From UHGV virus genome UHGV-0240317: a stretch of DNA of 64,000 nt. One strand, given 5' to 3'. The notes below the pieces were generated by a model. That model had not been told where the DNA came from. It did not search any database and worked only from the letters and a program-made list of their open reading frames with translations. The stretch is from a virus. The position numbers were made by a program, and so were the translations under genes. Of the stretch, positions 37,979 to 48,642 are shown piece after piece (positions within the stretch are counted from its first letter, which is position 1; each line of letters begins with the position of its first letter).

Positions 37979-39008
37979 TCATACACGGCTCCCAATTATA
38001 TTTCTTGAAAGAGAAATTGTCTTTTGGATTTCTCTCTTGATATGCTATCCAGAAATGCTGTTCCATTAACTCTAATGGTGTTTTGGTAACAGTCTGTCCA
38101 TCCCATGACACATAGGTATAAGAATCTTTTTTAGCATAAAGTTCATAGATAGCGTCAAGACACTCTTTGTAGGTCTCTTTACCCTCTAAAGCATTCATCA
38201 CAGCTACTTTACCAGCACCTTTTAGGCCGAAGTAGTTGTCTGCATTATCTCCAGCAACAGCCTGATAGCACAAGAATTTAAAACCTACACCAACTGTTTT
38301 TGCAGCTTTTGGTTTTGATTTGATAGGACAATCCCAGATATCACCAACATTATTGTCAGCAATAAAGATTAGTGGTGATTTTTCATAGGTCATATCAATG
38401 CAGTAAGTCCCTTCAGCTTGTCGAAGGTCTTTGTCAATGCTCATAAGAGCAGCTTTCTTACCCATCTTTTCAGCTTTAGCAATTACGATTGAATCGGCTT
38501 CGAAGCCACCCTTTAAGAGTTTGAATTCTGGTCTTGACAGAAGATACTCACGACAAGCAACTAAGTGTGTTGGTGTGACAGCATCTTTACGGTTACCTTG
38601 ATATTGGTGCTCAAGACCTTTAATGTCTTTATGTTTATGCACACCTTTCTCTGTTAAATAACCTACCCAAGTTCTCTCTTTACCAACAATCTTAAGCCAT
38701 TCCTGAAGCACCTGTTGAGTAGCCATGATAGCTTCTTTTTCACTCTTAGCTTCTTTCCAAGTCTGTCTTTCCCATTCATCTTCATCAAATGTCAGGCCAA
38801 GCTCTTCCACAAGGATTCTCTGGTCTGCTAACCATCTTGCAGCATCTTTCGCATTATCAAATGGCTCAGATTCTTCTGCTGTGAGTTTATTGATGTATTT
38901 ATATTTTGCTTTCTCAACTACACAAGCACCTTTATAGGCAATACTGTCAGAGTCGATAAAAACATGTGTAACTGAATCGGGAAGTTTTGTTAATGTGTAC
39001 TTCTCCAT
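37968..39008 (-). CDS. RNase H / 5'-3' exonuclease (T4 RNase H-like)
   Basis: VFIDSDSIA, FEADSIVIA, MSIDKDL align with T4 RNase H ICLIDFSQIA, YEADDHIAV, ISSDGDF. Confidence 0.7.
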   Translation of the reverse strand: MEKYTLTKLPDSVTHVFIDSDSIAYKGACVVEKAKYKYINKLTAEESEPFDNAKDAARWLADQRILVEELGLTFDEDEWERQTWKEAKSEKEAIMATQQVLQEWLKIVGKERTWVGYLTEKGVHKHKDIKGLEHQYQGNRKDAVTPTHLVACREYLLSRPEFKLLKGGFEADSIVIAKAEKMGKKAALMSIDKDLRQAEGTYCIDMTYEKSPLIFIADNNVGDIWDCPIKSKPKAAKTVGVGFKFLCYQAVAGDNADNYFGLKGAGKVAVMNALEGKETYKECLDAIYELYAKKDSYTYVSWDGQTVTKTPLELMEQHFWIAYQERNPKDNFSFKKYNWEPCMNED

Positions 39009-39070
39009 TATGGCTCTCCATATGAAAAAGCCCCATACTAAGTACAGGGCTTTAAAGTAACTTTTAGAGA

Positions 39071-39928
39071 TTAGTCTTCTGTATCGAAGTCTTCATCTTC
39101 TTCGTCATCTGGGTCTGGCAAGTCTTCATCGTCACCATCATCAGAATCATTCGAAGATTTATGGTCTGTTGCGTCTTCTTCAGTGATTTCACCGTTATCT
39201 TCGACACCATCAAGACCAAGCATAGCCAGTTCATCTTCATCCAGTTCAGGTTCACCGTTAGCACCGTTACCACCAGTGTAAGGTACAAGAGTATCAATGA
39301 TAAACTGTTCCTGAATAGGTTTTGTCAGAACATTGTTCTCAAAGGTGTAGAAGTGAGTAGAAAGAATCACACTACCAAAAGAACCGTTACCAACTGCAAT
39401 ATCTGGATGAATTACATCATAGTTCTTGTCATCTTCATGTTTATCAGATGCTTGAGCTTTGATTTTCTTCATCGGCTGCTTAACAGCTACACGCTTACCA
39501 TTTACTTCTTCAATCAGCATTACAGGGAATGACTGTTTAGCTGTCCATACAGCACCATCTTTATAAGCTGCTGCACGACTTACTTTCAAGATGTAGTAAG
39601 TGTCTGCTTCAAAAGGTGGTTTGCAACCAAACTTCTCTTCGAAGTCATCTGCATCAACTGCTTCAGTAGTAACTTTATCCCAACCTTCTGGGTTCTTCTT
39701 AGACTTAGTAAACTCTTTAAACAGTTTGTTACCGTCTTCTGCCAGAATTGATACGCTGTAGTTACAGTCCTTGCCTGGGAATTTCTTATCAATAGACTTA
39801 CCTTTTCCCGGACGTGGTGAAGTGTTCAGGTAATAAAACCAGACATCTTTCAGGAGGTAACGCAGAGTTTGACGTTCAGTACCGTTGTACTTCTCTACCG
39901 GAGCTTTCATTTTAACAACTTTAGACAT
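39071..39928 (-). CDS. putative single-stranded DNA-binding protein
   Basis: ~200 aa body then highly acidic tail; located in the replication module. Confidence 0.5.
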   Translation of the reverse strand: MSKVVKMKAPVEKYNGTERQTLRYLLKDVWFYYLNTSPRPGKGKSIDKKFPGKDCNYSVSILAEDGNKLFKEFTKSKKNPEGWDKVTTEAVDADDFEEKFGCKPPFEADTYYILKVSRAAAYKDGAVWTAKQSFPVMLIEEVNGKRVAVKQPMKKIKAQASDKHEDDKNYDVIHPDIAVGNGSFGSVILSTHFYTFENNVLTKPIQEQFIIDTLVPYTGGNGANGEPELDEDELAMLGLDGVEDNGEITEEDATDHKSSNDSDDGDDEDLPDPDDEEDEDFDTED

Positions 39929-40000
39929 TATTTAAACCTCTATCTCAATTTATGAAGAGTACCAATTCTAATTTGTTGATACTCTATTGTCAAATATTAA

Positions 40001-40150
40001 TTACTGGAAGTTGTGCTTATCTTTAGAAGCTGCTTTACGTGCAGTTTTTCCAGTTCTTACACGCTTCTCTTCATAGTATTTTGCTGGTTTTCCAGCAGTG
40101 GCTTTTAAGGAATCCCCAAAAACTTTTTCAAATGCTTTAGAGTGTTTCAT
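40001..40150 (-). CDS. small basic protein (not in ORF track; coordinates approximate)
   Basis: own translation MKHSKAFEKVFGDSLKATAGKPAKYYEEKRVRTGK... Confidence 0.3.
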   Translation of the reverse strand: MKHSKAFEKVFGDSLKATAGKPAKYYEEKRVRTGKTARKAASKDKHNFQ

Positions 40151-40440
40151 GATATTCTCCGATATACTTGATATTCAAACACATTTTCTTTTATTACAAA
40201 CAGCCAACCAATATTATGTTCAGGTATAGCGATGATGACTGTGACAGTATTGTGATAGGACTTTTTCTCTACTTCGACACCACCATCACATTTCATGTAG
40301 AGCATTCTATAGAACCTATCAACCTTTGTCAAACACTCTTCCTGAAATTCATTTAAACTTTTTTCTCCAAAGAAGGGTATGAACCCCTCTCTTTTATAAC
40401 TATCACTCAGTTTCAAACGGGCAGTCATCTGCATCCTCAC
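40147..40440 (-). CDS. hypothetical protein
   Basis: ORF track; overlaps primase-helicase 3' end. Confidence 0.4.
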   Translation of the reverse strand: MRMQMTARLKLSDSYKREGFIPFFGEKSLNEFQEECLTKVDRFYRMLYMKCDGGVEVEKKSYHNTVTVIIAIPEHNIGWLFVIKENVFEYQVYRRIS

Positions 40441-42394
40441 TTAATACAGGTGGAATCGTTGAGCTTTGACGCTGTTCTTCAGTATAGACTTCACCAGTCT
40501 CACGGTCAAACACTTCATCTTCATAATGAGGTAGAGAGTCATCATAATGGTCTTCAGCTTCACCAATACCAAACTGTTGACGAATATTTTCTGCTGCACC
40601 ATCAATGTCAACACCACATCCAGAAGCTTTGATAAGACGTCCTGTGTCGGGATTGTACCAAGTATGACCAGCAATACCTGTTGACTTACCATGACGACGA
40701 CACTTAGTTAACTTGATTTTTGTCAAGTTTTTCTTAACAGGGTCTGGGTCAACCTTGTTACGCATTAACAGAATGTTGTTCATAGAAATCTGGAAATACG
40801 CACCAGAACCTTTAATATCCTCTTCAGAGATATCTCCACCTTCGGAGTTAGCCTTCTGACCACCTGCACTCTTACGAACGTGACAGACGTTCACCTGTGC
40901 ATACTGGTAGCGTTTGCAACGGCGCAATAGCTCAGACAAAACTTCCTCTTCATCCGTATCTGAACGTGACAGAGCCAACGTAATAGGGTCAAGAATAATA
41001 ATCTTACAGTCTAAGCTGTTAACAAGATAGTCAACAAACTCCAGCAAGTTATCTTGGTCAATTGCCCCTTGATGGTCTACGATGTGGATACGACGACCTT
41101 TAGACAGTTCTACGTGTGCTTCCTTCAATTCATCCCAATCACGTTCGTCATAAGGAATCTCAGAAATCTGCTTGCTAAGGTGGATTGCACAGAGCATCTC
41201 CATCAACTCTTCATAGGTATCTTCTACAGGAATTACACCAATATTGTAATCGGTATCTTTCCAAGCAGTGTAAATCATTTCACGAGTGTATGCTGATTTA
41301 CCCACTGAAGATGGTGCTGCCAGAGTTGTAATCTCTCCTAAACCGTAACCACCATAAGTCAGCCTGTTCAAATCTCCGAAAGATTCTGGGAAAGGAATCA
41401 ATGGAATCTGACCACGATTCTTCATTGCCTCAAAACCATCTGCGAAGTTCTTGATACCAGCAGGACAGTAACGAGGTGCATTGTAGATACGCTGCTTAAA
41501 TCCTTCCAGAACTGTATCTTTCTCTTTATAGAACTTTGTCCACCATTCGTTAAGGTCTTTTACACCTTCTGGATACTGGAATAAACGAACCTTCTCGATA
41601 GGGAGAATGCCAGCAGCCTCTTTGGTAGCTTTAGCACCTGCTTCATCGTTATCAAAGCACAAGTAAATCTCATCAAATGATGTGATGTACTGATAGTTGT
41701 CTTTGATAGACTTAATGTTTGCACCTGATGGAACAGATACGTGACAGTAATTCTTACGACGAGACTTGTCCTTAATCGCAAGAGAAGTCATATAGATTGC
41801 TGTCGCACATTCCATCTCACCTTCCCAGATGAATAGACGGTTACCACCTTCTGGAGCAATCCATGAACCGAACATTGCCAGCTCACCTTTAATGTCTCCA
41901 ACACCACCTGAGAAGTCTTTTAGCTTACCTCGTAGGTGTTCTTTTGGATGGTCTTCTGGATAACGATGACGTACACGGTAACCAACGTGCTCTAGCTTAC
42001 CATCTTCATTACGTTTGTAAGTTGGATAGAAATGCGCATCAATTTCACCATCACTGTCAATGTCAACCTTGATACCTAAACGCTCAAGAACTTTTGCAGG
42101 AATCTTCCTGTCTTTTAAGTCCATTGCTTCAAGGTTTTCTTTCACATCGTCTAAATCCATTCCACGGAAAGTACGGTTTTTATTGTCTGAACCAGTAGAA
42201 TAAGTGCTCACGATTTGTCCTTTATCAAAATCCCACTCTGGGAAGCCTTTGTTACAACTAAAGCAAGTCATCGAATAAGAATCATCGTCATGATGATAGA
42301 TTGAACCAGCATCTGATGAACCACAACGTGGACATGCACAATGACCAATAAACTGACCAGCCTCTTTCAATTTACGACCTTTAGACATTAACAC
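40403..42394 (-). CDS. DNA primase/helicase (T7 gp4-like)
   Basis: N-terminal zinc ribbon CACPRCG...CFSCNKG, central TOPRIM-like region, Walker A AAPSSVGKSAY. Confidence 0.85.
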   Translation of the reverse strand: MLMSKGRKLKEAGQFIGHCACPRCGSSDAGSIYHHDDDSYSMTCFSCNKGFPEWDFDKGQIVSTYSTGSDNKNRTFRGMDLDDVKENLEAMDLKDRKIPAKVLERLGIKVDIDSDGEIDAHFYPTYKRNEDGKLEHVGYRVRHRYPEDHPKEHLRGKLKDFSGGVGDIKGELAMFGSWIAPEGGNRLFIWEGEMECATAIYMTSLAIKDKSRRKNYCHVSVPSGANIKSIKDNYQYITSFDEIYLCFDNDEAGAKATKEAAGILPIEKVRLFQYPEGVKDLNEWWTKFYKEKDTVLEGFKQRIYNAPRYCPAGIKNFADGFEAMKNRGQIPLIPFPESFGDLNRLTYGGYGLGEITTLAAPSSVGKSAYTREMIYTAWKDTDYNIGVIPVEDTYEELMEMLCAIHLSKQISEIPYDERDWDELKEAHVELSKGRRIHIVDHQGAIDQDNLLEFVDYLVNSLDCKIIILDPITLALSRSDTDEEEVLSELLRRCKRYQYAQVNVCHVRKSAGGQKANSEGGDISEEDIKGSGAYFQISMNNILLMRNKVDPDPVKKNLTKIKLTKCRRHGKSTGIAGHTWYNPDTGRLIKASGCGVDIDGAAENIRQQFGIGEAEDHYDDSLPHYEDEVFDRETGEVYTEEQRQSSTIPPVLSEDADDCPFETE

Positions 42395-42581
42395 CTCTTC
42401 GTTGTAGTTCTGCCTTCAATCCATTTTCAATCTTGTCCAGTTCATGAATCTCATCTGCAATCTCTTTCCTTCGTGATTCAACTCTCTTAAGACGTTCAAT
42501 CATTACCTCATTGGAAAGAGATGAGAGTTCCACTAAACGGTGGTCAATAACTTTAAAATTGTCTTTTACTCTCATCTTCAT
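42381..42581 (-). CDS. hypothetical coiled-coil protein
   Basis: ORF track. Confidence 0.45.
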   Translation of the reverse strand: MKMRVKDNFKVIDHRLVELSSLSNEVMIERLKRVESRRKEIADEIHELDKIENGLKAELQRRGVNV

Positions 42582-42589
42582 TCTCTCTT

Positions 42590-43333
42590 TTAAATCTTCA
42601 GGATAGCTCTTAGCTTGCTCTCAAGGTCTGCAAGAGTACCATTATTATGAATAATGTCACGCTCATATTTTGTAGAAATCCCATTTTCTGAAACATGTGA
42701 TGAAACTTTGTCCACATTGTCTCTTTTTACTTCAATGGTTTGGTGTGCAAATCTACTCAGCCACTCAGCTTCAGAGTCAAATCTTAAATCACTGATTAAA
42801 ACAACACCTTCTTGATTTCTAAGTGAGCAAACATCAAAGAAATTTACCATTCGTTTTTCGAGGTCTTTAGCCCAGAACTTGTCACCCATAACTTTACGGA
42901 TAACTTCAGTGCCCCAAATCTGTTGGATTTGTCTTGATGAGAATTTATACTTTTTACTAAATCCCAGACGTGTTAATAGGGTCGGCTTAGCAACCTTCTT
43001 AAGTTCCATGATTAATCGTCCGGTTAACTCTGACATAAGCTTAAAATCCATATGGTAACGCTCACCTTTGAAGGTGAACTCCATAGCCTCTGTAACTTTG
43101 GACATCAGTTCAGGATATGATAAATCAAAAACCTGTGGAGTCTCTTTAGTTTCACCATACAGGTCATTCCAAGTCAGGTCAAATATCTTTGATGCAGATA
43201 GCTTAAGGTTGTCTGCATAGGCCATTACTGCAACATTGTAGCCGTACTCATCCTCTAAGATGTTCTTCACAATAGAACATGAGGTGTCTTTTCCAGAGCG
43301 TGCCTTTCCAGTAAATGCGATAATATTACTCAT
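42590..43333 (-). CDS. deoxynucleoside monophosphate kinase (T4 gp1-like)
   Basis: P-loop FTGKARSGKDT matches T4 gp1 LSGVKRSGKDT. Confidence 0.65.
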   Translation of the reverse strand: MSNIIAFTGKARSGKDTSCSIVKNILEDEYGYNVAVMAYADNLKLSASKIFDLTWNDLYGETKETPQVFDLSYPELMSKVTEAMEFTFKGERYHMDFKLMSELTGRLIMELKKVAKPTLLTRLGFSKKYKFSSRQIQQIWGTEVIRKVMGDKFWAKDLEKRMVNFFDVCSLRNQEGVVLISDLRFDSEAEWLSRFAHQTIEVKRDNVDKVSSHVSENGISTKYERDIIHNNGTLADLESKLRAILKI

Positions 43334-43351
43334 TTTATCTCCCTTAATTAC

Positions 43352-43378
43352 TAAAAAGCCCCCAACTAAGGAGGCTTG
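43352..43378 (-). terminator. terminator-like hairpin
   Basis: imperfect GC hairpin with T-run on the minus strand. Confidence 0.45.
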
Positions 43379-43394
43379 TAAGATTTATAAAGAC

Positions 43395-44195
43395 TTAGTG
43401 CAGTTGCTCAGCAGACTCTTTTTCAGACATAGCTGAGATTTGCTTCACAAAATCATCACCGAAGTTAATGCGTAGCTTCTCTTCAATGATTGAAGCACCA
43501 ATACTCACCAAAACATCATTGATTGCTTGCATACTAACGCCACCAGTCATCTCCTCAATGAACTCAATACTCACACCCATCATCTGTGACAGTTGGATTA
43601 GTGCAACGATATTCATCATCGTAGAGATAGCTGGAATCATCAGTGCAACTTTCACCTGAAGTGGTTCAATGTCAGCTACAGAGTCATTTTCAACAGCTTT
43701 TTCCAAAGACTCTTTAGTTTGCTGGATAATCTCTTTGATTCGTGGGTTTAATTCTTCTACGCCCCAATCAAGTTTTTCATATCGTGAAAGTTTCTCTTCC
43801 ATGCGCTTCTCAAGAGCAGCCATAACAGCACTAGTTGATGAAATTAACAGGTCAATTAGTTCATCATTACCTGCGAGTAGTAGCAAGTCTTTTTCTTCAG
43901 TGGTCATGGCAATATAGTCATTTTTCTGCATCTTATAAAAAATGAACTCTGCAAGAGCATCAACACCTACAACGATAGATGCTAAAGCAAGTGTTTTGTC
44001 GCAAAGCATCATGTTAACCTGTTCTGCAAAAGCACCGTTATCAAACTTGTCTTCAGGCAAGTTATAGCTTGCAGGCATAAACTGTTCTGTGTAGTTGTTG
44101 CCACGAAGAATCATAGCCATGCTTTCTACGGCATTGATTAAGAACGCTTCGTCAACACCTTTTTCTTCAAGCATCTTTTCTACATCGATATTCAT
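43395..44195 (-). CDS. hypothetical protein
   Basis: ORF track. Confidence 0.6.
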   Translation of the reverse strand: MNIDVEKMLEEKGVDEAFLINAVESMAMILRGNNYTEQFMPASYNLPEDKFDNGAFAEQVNMMLCDKTLALASIVVGVDALAEFIFYKMQKNDYIAMTTEEKDLLLLAGNDELIDLLISSTSAVMAALEKRMEEKLSRYEKLDWGVEELNPRIKEIIQQTKESLEKAVENDSVADIEPLQVKVALMIPAISTMMNIVALIQLSQMMGVSIEFIEEMTGGVSMQAINDVLVSIGASIIEEKLRINFGDDFVKQISAMSEKESAEQLH

Positions 44196-44196
44196 A

Positions 44197-44619
44197 TTAT
44201 TTCTCTCTCAGTTTGTTAAGTTTCTTTCTAGAACATTTTAAGTTTTCGGATGAAGAAAAGTCAAGTGTCTTTTCAGAACGTGGATAATAGTGCCTATCCC
44301 AAGAAGTTTCAACATCGTTAATCAGTGATGCTAGGTTACACAGGTCTGTACCACTTTGCAACCTCTTTTTAAGAGAATCTAGTAAAGCAACTGTGTCTTT
44401 AGCTTTACGTCTCGCTGTAGCAACATCTTTCATATGCTCAAATACAGAGCATTTTAAGTCATCTTCATAGTTTTCAGACAACTCTATTTCATGTTGTATA
44501 TCAACCATTCTCCTGTGATGGTGAGCATATTCCCGCTGAGCAGCAATGTCAAGTTCTTCCAACTTCTGCAAAGCTCTAACAAAGTCAGCTATGTCTGGGT
44601 GAACAAACATTTTCTGCAT
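44197..44619 (-). CDS. hypothetical protein
   Basis: ORF track. Confidence 0.6.
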   Translation of the reverse strand: MQKMFVHPDIADFVRALQKLEELDIAAQREYAHHHRRMVDIQHEIELSENYEDDLKCSVFEHMKDVATARRKAKDTVALLDSLKKRLQSGTDLCNLASLINDVETSWDRHYYPRSEKTLDFSSSENLKCSRKKLNKLREK

Positions 44620-44876
44620 GTAAGCCTCTTTTAAGTAACTATTAAGTTTTAATCTTTTATCTTAACGTATTCTATACGTTATACTTTAAAGCTTTTTAAA
44701 AGCTATTAAATAATCTTTTAAGAGTTTTAAAGTATCTGTATAGTTAAACTGTTAAGTAACCTTTTAAGTAAAAACCCACTTCGCAAAGATTAACACCTTG
44801 TCAAGTGCATTGTCAACTTGCTTTTTATAATTTTTTGCAGTAATGTATGAGGTTAATGATTTTAGAGGGAGTAAAA

Positions 44877-47019
44877 ATGGAAAACGTAGATTTTAAAAAC
44901 TTACATTTAGTTGGTGATACAGAAACTGATGGTTTACTCCTTGAGTTCACTAAAGTGCACGTAATGGCTTTCGCAGACTATAAATCTGACGATGAAGAGC
45001 CACCTGTATGGGTCTTTACAGATGAGCCTATCCTCGGTCACAAGTATACCAAGTACATTAAGGGTGGCTTACGTGAAGGTGTTGAATTTGCGTTAAAGGC
45101 AAAACGTCTTTGCATCCATAATGGTCTCGGTTATGACTGGTGGGTTTTTAATCACATTGCACCTGATTTATGGAACTTTGATAATCCAAAGTGTAAACCG
45201 TGGAGTAATTTCTTTCAGGATTCTCTTATCCAGTCTCGTGTTCAGTGGATGGATAGACCAACCCCAAAAGGTTATAAGGGTGCTCATGGCTTGGCTGCAT
45301 GGGGTGCTCGTGTTGGTGTCCGTAAACCAGAGATTGAACATTGGGGTGTGTGGAATGCAGAAATCTTCACTCGTGTTGTAGAAGATATCCGTATTAACGC
45401 CAAAACTAAACGGGCACTTGATAATGAATATCTCAAGCTTAAGAAGTGTGGCATAGATACTTATGAAACCTACATGCGAGCTAAAGAAACATCTTTTTGG
45501 ATGAGTCAACAAGCTATCAATGGCTGGAAAGCTGATAAAGAGCTTATGGAGTTCCATGTAAAGGAACTTGACAAGTTGACTAATGAGCTTGCTTCAGAGG
45601 TTGAACCACATCTACCTCCAACTATTAAGACCAAAGGTAAAGTCACTGGAGAAGAGTTTGCAAAAGCTTGGAATGAGTATGTTGAAACATTTGGTCATGC
45701 AGATGGACTGAAGAGAATTACCAAGTACCCTAAGACAAAGTATCGTCAGCAGGTACGTAATGGTGAGATGCAGACTTATGAAATCAAACCATTTGGTAAG
45801 CCAACTACAAAGATTTTTAACATTGAAAAGAGAAATTGCTATACACCAACCAACTCTGTAACTGGTGAAGAGTACAAGGAAGGTTTTGTAGCAATGAAGG
45901 ATGCTCGTGCAATTTGCAATGAGTTGAATGCAAAGATTGGTAAGAAATGCAAAGACTGGAAGCCAGCAAAAACAGTTAAGACTGTGAAGTACTATAACAG
46001 CCATGTTGTTAACCACTTTGAGCTTGAGTCAAGTCGCTACACAGGTTTGATTGATGCACCATATACACCAATCGAGTTCGAAGTTTCTCGTATGACTCAG
46101 GTAGCAGTTGTTAAAGACTACTTGAAATCAGTTGGTTGGATTCCAGATGACTGGAACTATAAGAAAGACTCTGATGGTCGTCCTGTTAAGGTTTGTCGCT
46201 TCAAAGACAACAAAAAGATGATTACAAAGCATCCTAAATGGCAGGAAATGGTTGAACGGTGTGGTTTGAGCTATGTTGAACATGAAGGCGTCCAGTACAT
46301 TGAGCATAACTGGTCTGTGAAGAAATACACAGATTTGCTTGAGCCTTGCTTAATCCGTACTTCACCAAAACTTACTGAATCATCTTATGATACGATTGAA
46401 GGTGAGCTTGGACAGAAGATTGCTAAGTACTATACTTTGATGCACCGACGCAGAACTATTGAGAACTCAAAGGATGATGAGAAAGGTTGGTTAAACCAGA
46501 TTCGTCCTGATGGTCGCCTTAGTGCTGGTGCAATGGTGTTTGGTACTTCAACTGGACGTATGACACAATATGGTATTGTAAACGTACCGTCTGGTGCTGC
46601 TGTCTATGGAGCACCTATGAGGGAGGTGTGGATTTGTGAAGAGGGGACTAACATTGTTTCTGTTGACCAGAACTCAGCCCAGCTTGTTTTACTGTGTAAC
46701 TTTATGGGTGATAAAGACTTCACCAAAGCAGTAACTGAAGGTAAAGAGTCAGTAGAGTTCACTAAGCAAGATGATGGTAGATACTACTGTAAACATCTTG
46801 ACAAGTATCTTAACCCAGAAACTGACAAGTATCTGCGTTATGATGCTGAAAATGACCTCTATGAAGTCTACACAGGGACTGATGCGCATACACTGAACAG
46901 TATTTACTTTGGTCTTAACAAGGAAGAAGATATTGTCCGTTGTAGGGAGACACAGGGTGAGGAACTTCTCCACGAGATTACAAAAGGTCGTAAGAAAGCC
47001 AAAAATGGCATTTATGCGT
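44877..47019 (+). CDS. DNA polymerase family A, exon 1
   Basis: start at MENVDF with GAGGGAG RBS; exo I DTETDGL; motif A VSVDQNSAQL; first half of motif B RKKAKNGIYA. Confidence 0.85.
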
Positions 47020-47287
47020 CAGTGGCGCATGTAAAACGTTGTGAATTGCTGGAAGCCTAAGTCTGTAAAGATATGGTAATCAGCAGCGAAGCCTCTTGAG
47101 AGGAACGTTCAGAGACTATCGAAAAGCATACTTAATGTATGAACTGAGTAGAGTAGGGTGGTAAGCTAATGACCATACCCAAGTGCAACGGTAGCATCAC
47201 TGCTACGTGATATAGTCCGACACTCCGTAGAAATGCGGAGAAGTTCATAAGAGAACTGGTACACCTTGCGAGTGTATTGACCAGATG
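47020..47287 (+). mobile_element. ORF-less group I intron in the DNA polymerase gene
   Basis: Q-like AATCAGCAG, R-like GTTCAGAGACTA, S-like GATATAGTCC; stops in the polymerase frame; boundaries inferred. Confidence 0.75.
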
Positions 47288-47844
47288 TATTGTTCGGTGC
47301 AGGTGATGAGAAGTTTGCCAAAACCATTAAGGCAGCTTCTACAGAGGAAGGTGCATTGACTAAGCAGACCTACTATATGCGTCTACCAAAGATTAAGAAA
47401 CTACTTGATAGCTTAGAAGCCGATTTTAAGGCGTCTAAAAAGGCTCTGGAAGAGGTTTTTGGGAAGAATTCTTCAATTGCTAAAGGTGGTTATATCAGAG
47501 TCGCTGGAGCATGGATATGGTGCAAATCTCCACATAAACTACTGAACTACCTCCTGATGAGTTCGGAAGCACAGATTCAGAATGAGGCCATCAACCTAGC
47601 AGCAAGAAAAGCCTGTGAAGATGGCCTGACAAAACTGAATGCTCGAAAACCAGCTATCGGAGCAAGGTTACTTCTGGCATATCACGATGAAAATAGTTGG
47701 GAATGTCCAGAGGGTATGACACAGGATATGAAAGCAATTGCTGACTGGATGTATGGACAAGCTTCAAAAAACTTAGGTTTGAGGAAAGAAACACTTGTAA
47801 CTGGTACAGCAAAGGTTGGTAAGAGCTGGTATGAGGTGCATTGA
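47288..47844 (+). CDS. DNA polymerase family A, exon 2
   Basis: continues motif B as LFGAGDEK (T7 pol FLYGAGDEK); carries the C-terminal polymerase domain. Confidence 0.8.
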
Positions 47845-48381
47845 TTGATGGATTTTATTTCACAAAAACGTTTAAAGGAGCTACTACACTATGACCCCGA
47901 AACAGGGGTCTTTACTTGGCTTCGTAGAGAAGGTAAATCAAGAGCTGTTAGTGTTTTTAACAGTAACTATGCAGGAAAGGTAGCAGGTAATGTTCAGACA
48001 GATTCAACTGGTCATAAACAGATTAGTATCTATTTTGACAAGAAAGCACATAAAGCACACAGACTCGCATGGCTTTATGTATATGGCAAGATGCCAAAAG
48101 GTATCATTGACCATATCAACGGAGACTCTCTTGACAACAGGATTGCAAACTTAAGGGAAGCAGATGACTTCCAAAGTGCTTGGAATAAAGGTAAACTAGC
48201 CACCAATAAATCTGGGTACAAGGGTGTAAGCCTTAAGAAGAAGTCTGGTAAGTGGGTCGCACAGATAAGTTATAAAGGTAAGAAGATGTTTTTAGGTTAC
48301 CATGACACCCCTGAAGAAGCCCATAAAGCTTACTGTGAAGCTGCTATGAAACTCCACGGAGAGTTTGCAAAACTAAGTTGA
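47845..48381 (+). CDS. HNH-AP2 homing endonuclease (free-standing)
   Basis: HNH motif HRLAWLYVYG..IDHINGDSLDNRIANL plus AP2-like YKGVS..KWVAQI..GYHDTPEEA. Confidence 0.85.
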   Translation: MMDFISQKRLKELLHYDPETGVFTWLRREGKSRAVSVFNSNYAGKVAGNVQTDSTGHKQISIYFDKKAHKAHRLAWLYVYGKMPKGIIDHINGDSLDNRIANLREADDFQSAWNKGKLATNKSGYKGVSLKKKSGKWVAQISYKGKKMFLGYHDTPEEAHKAYCEAAMKLHGEFAKLS

Positions 48382-48432
48382 CAAGGTGCTCATGGAAGAG
48401 TACCTTATACTATATCTTATATAGGAGGGCTT

Positions 48433-48642
48433 ATGAGCCATCGTGGAAGAACCCATGCAGCGATGATGAAAGGTGCTTCAAAGGAAACTATCAAGAACCG
48501 TAAGCAGAAGTTGTTTGAGAGAATGAATAGACTCATTGATAACACTTCCCTGTCTGGTGGTGAGAAAGTTTTCCTTAAAAGTAACCTTAAAAGCATTGCA
48601 CAAGAACTTGTAGATATTGAATATTGGGGACATCAAAAATGA
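48433..48642 (+). CDS. hypothetical protein
   Basis: ORF with RBS GGAGGG. Confidence 0.5.
   Translation: MSHRGRTHAAMMKGASKETIKNRKQKLFERMNRLIDNTSLSGGEKVFLKSNLKSIAQELVDIEYWGHQK

Noticed and set aside
44798-44831. Promoter upstream of the polymerase gene (two TTGTCA boxes and a perfect TATAAT)
   Set aside because: Spacing between either TTGTCA and the TATAAT is 10 or 22 nt, outside the 16-18 nt window; a promoter probably exists in this divergent region but cannot be pinned down by eye.
45121-46973. Several ORFs (86-134 aa) on both strands within the polymerase gene
   Set aside because: Embedded in or antisense to the polymerase exon 1, whose protein carries clear polymerase motifs.
47020-47287. 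Intein or programmed frameshift as the explanation for the split polymerase
   Set aside because: The gap has stops in the polymerase frame and group I core-like elements (AATCAGCAG, GTTCAGAGACTA, GATATAGTCC), so an RNA intron is the simpler explanation; an intein would need a continuous ORF.
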